A DNA stretch of 9,497 nucleotides from IMG/VR virus record IMGVR_UViG_2671180636_000009; one strand, written 5' to 3'. Shown piece after piece: positions 8,401 through 9,497 of the stretch. Origin of the DNA: a virus (lineage: Duplodnaviria; Heunggongvirae; Uroviricota; Caudoviricetes). The notes below the pieces were generated by a model. The model had not been told where the DNA came from and ran no database searches. It saw only the letters and a list, made by a program, of their open reading frames with translations. Made by a program: the position numbers and the translations under genes. Position 1 is the first letter of the stretch. Each line of letters starts with the position of its first letter.

Positions 8401-9497
8401 NNNNNNNNNNNNNNNNNNNNNNNNNNNNNNNNNNNNNNNNNNNNNNNNNNNNNNNNNNNNNNNNNNNNNNNNNNNNNNNNNNNNNNNNNNNNNNNNNNNN
8501 NNNNNNNNNNNNNNNNNNNNNNNNNNNNNNNNNNNNNNNNNNNNNNNNNNNNNNNNNNNNNNNNNNNNNNNNNNNNNNNNNNNNNNNNNNNNNNNNNNNN
8601 NNNNNNNNNNNNNNNNNNNNNNNNNNNNNNNNNNNNNNNNNNNNNNNNNNNNNNNNNNNGTTCCATACCGGCATACAGCGCATCGCCGAGCAGAAATCAC
8701 TGAGCACATCCCACGCCTTGCGCTGTGTGGTCAGCCAGGCATTACAGGTGATGCGCGGCTCCGTGCTGCCAAAGCCGTCCGGCACCGACTGGTCACAGTA
8801 CTGGCCGATGACATACAGCGCATCGCCGAGCAGAAATCACTGAGAACATCCCACGCCTTACGCTGTGTGGTCAGGTAAGAGTTACAGGTGATGCGCGGCT
8901 CCGTGCCGCCAAATCCGTCCGTCACTGACTGGTCGCAGTACTGGCCGATGACATACAGCGCCCATTTGTCCACATCTGCCGCACCAAGACGTTTCCCCAT
9001 GCCGTAGCGCGGATGAGTGAGCATGTCCCACAGACACCAGGCCATGTTGTTGCTGTATGCTGGCTTAAGCGTTCCGTCCCAGATACCGCTGTATTGCCGC
9101 GTCTGCGGATTATAGTTCGACGGCACCTGCAGAATGCGCCCGCGAAGATGATAATTGCGACTCACCTGCTGGTTACCGAACTGCTCTGAATCCACCTGCA
9201 CGCCGACCAGCGCCGTGTTCGGGTAGCACTGTTTCNNNNNNNNNNNNNNNNNNNNNNNNNNNNNNNNNNNNNNNNNNNNNNNNNNNNNNNNNNNNNNNNN
9301 NNNNNNNNNNNNNNNNNNNNNNNNNNNNNNNNNNNNNNNNNNNNNNNNNNNNNNNNNNNNNNNNNNNNNNNNNNNCACCTGCAGAATGCGCCCGCGAAGA
9401 TGATAATTACGGCTCACCTGCTGGCTGCCGAACTGCTCCGAATCCACCTGTACGCCGACCAGTGCCGTGTTCGGGTAGCACTGTTTCACATCGATGA
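5406..9497 (-). CDS. J: Tail tip / host specificity protein J (lambda gpJ family), partial: 5' end beyond the window, 3' end inside N-run 5240-5405; reading frame not continuous as given (possible pseudogene or assembly artefact)
   Basis: Visible minus-strand segments read [20 protein letters not shown]..., [15 protein letters not shown]...[69 protein letters not shown]..., [30 protein letters not shown]...[21 protein letters not shown]... and [11 protein letters not shown].... All are collinear with recalled lambda J from about residue 210 to the C-terminal region. The segments fall in different frames across the N-runs and across a 140-bp tandem duplication. Confidence 0.85.
6161..6354. repeat. 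Exact 34-bp direct repeat (6161-6194 and 6321-6354) flanking the 126-nt N-run inside J
   Basis: CTGTTTCGGAAATGATTTGGATACAGCTTTAACG occurs identically on both sides of N-run 6195-6320. It encodes [11 protein letters not shown] of J; the 160-bp period is not a multiple of 3. Confidence 0.8.
8673..8952. repeat. Tandem direct duplication, 2 x 140 bp, with about 12 mismatches (~91% identity), inside J
   Basis: 8673-8812 and 8813-8952 align base for base with 12 differences by hand count, with no N between them. Each copy encodes the J segment ...DGFG(S/G)TEPRITCN(AW/SY)[21 protein letters not shown] in its own frame; 140 is not a multiple of 3, so the J frame is broken at the junction. Confidence 0.8.
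9124..9487. repeat. Direct repeat of about 112 bp (9124-9235 and 9376-9487, 7 mismatches) flanking the 140-nt N-run; period 252 bp, in frame
   Basis: Both copies encode the J segment [20 protein letters not shown](N/S)[16 protein letters not shown]. Lambda J has this segment once, as I recall it. Confidence 0.75.

Noticed and set aside
1150-8785. ORFs in the supplied track that consist largely of X residues (e.g. 1150..1698 +, 2122..2547 +, 2330..2596 -, 5171..6175 +, 5418..6098 +, 6108..6335 +, 7399..8703 +, 7556..8083 +, 7790..8785 -, 7815..8666 -)
   Set aside because: They are open only because N-runs are translated as X and cannot contain stops. The visible flanking residues are either antisense to J/stf or out-of-frame read-through.
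1-9497. CRISPR arrays, tRNA or rRNA genes, integrase or attachment sites
   Set aside because: No regularly spaced short repeats with unique spacers and no tRNA-like GC-rich cloverleaf segments were seen. The only periodic repeats are coding repeats inside stf and J.

Overview
This window is a lambdoid (lambda-like) prophage tail region, most likely from an E. coli-type enterobacterial genome, with all recognisable genes on the minus strand. From high to low coordinates: the 3' part of the tail-tip/host-specificity gene J (window end down to about 5.3-5.4 kb), lom (4609-5208), a long side-tail-fibre gene stf (start 4544) with a mosaic distal part, and the tail-fibre assembly gene tfa (stop at 781). 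Below tfa lies a roughly 750-bp AT-rich region with no long ORF, ending at the terminal inverted repeat of an IS1 element (bases 1-31). Eleven N-runs (about 2.5 kb in total) interrupt J, stf and tfa. Apparent reading frames change across most of them and several are flanked by direct repeats, so gene boundaries and intactness cannot be settled here. Protein identifications rest on recalled similarity to phage lambda J, Lom, Stf and Tfa; no search was run. No rRNA, tRNA or CRISPR array was seen. I do not find support for a novel multi-gene system. The items most worth follow-up are a small hydrophobic ORF with promoter-like and terminator-like signals in the AT-rich island, the mosaic tail fibre, and internal duplications in J.
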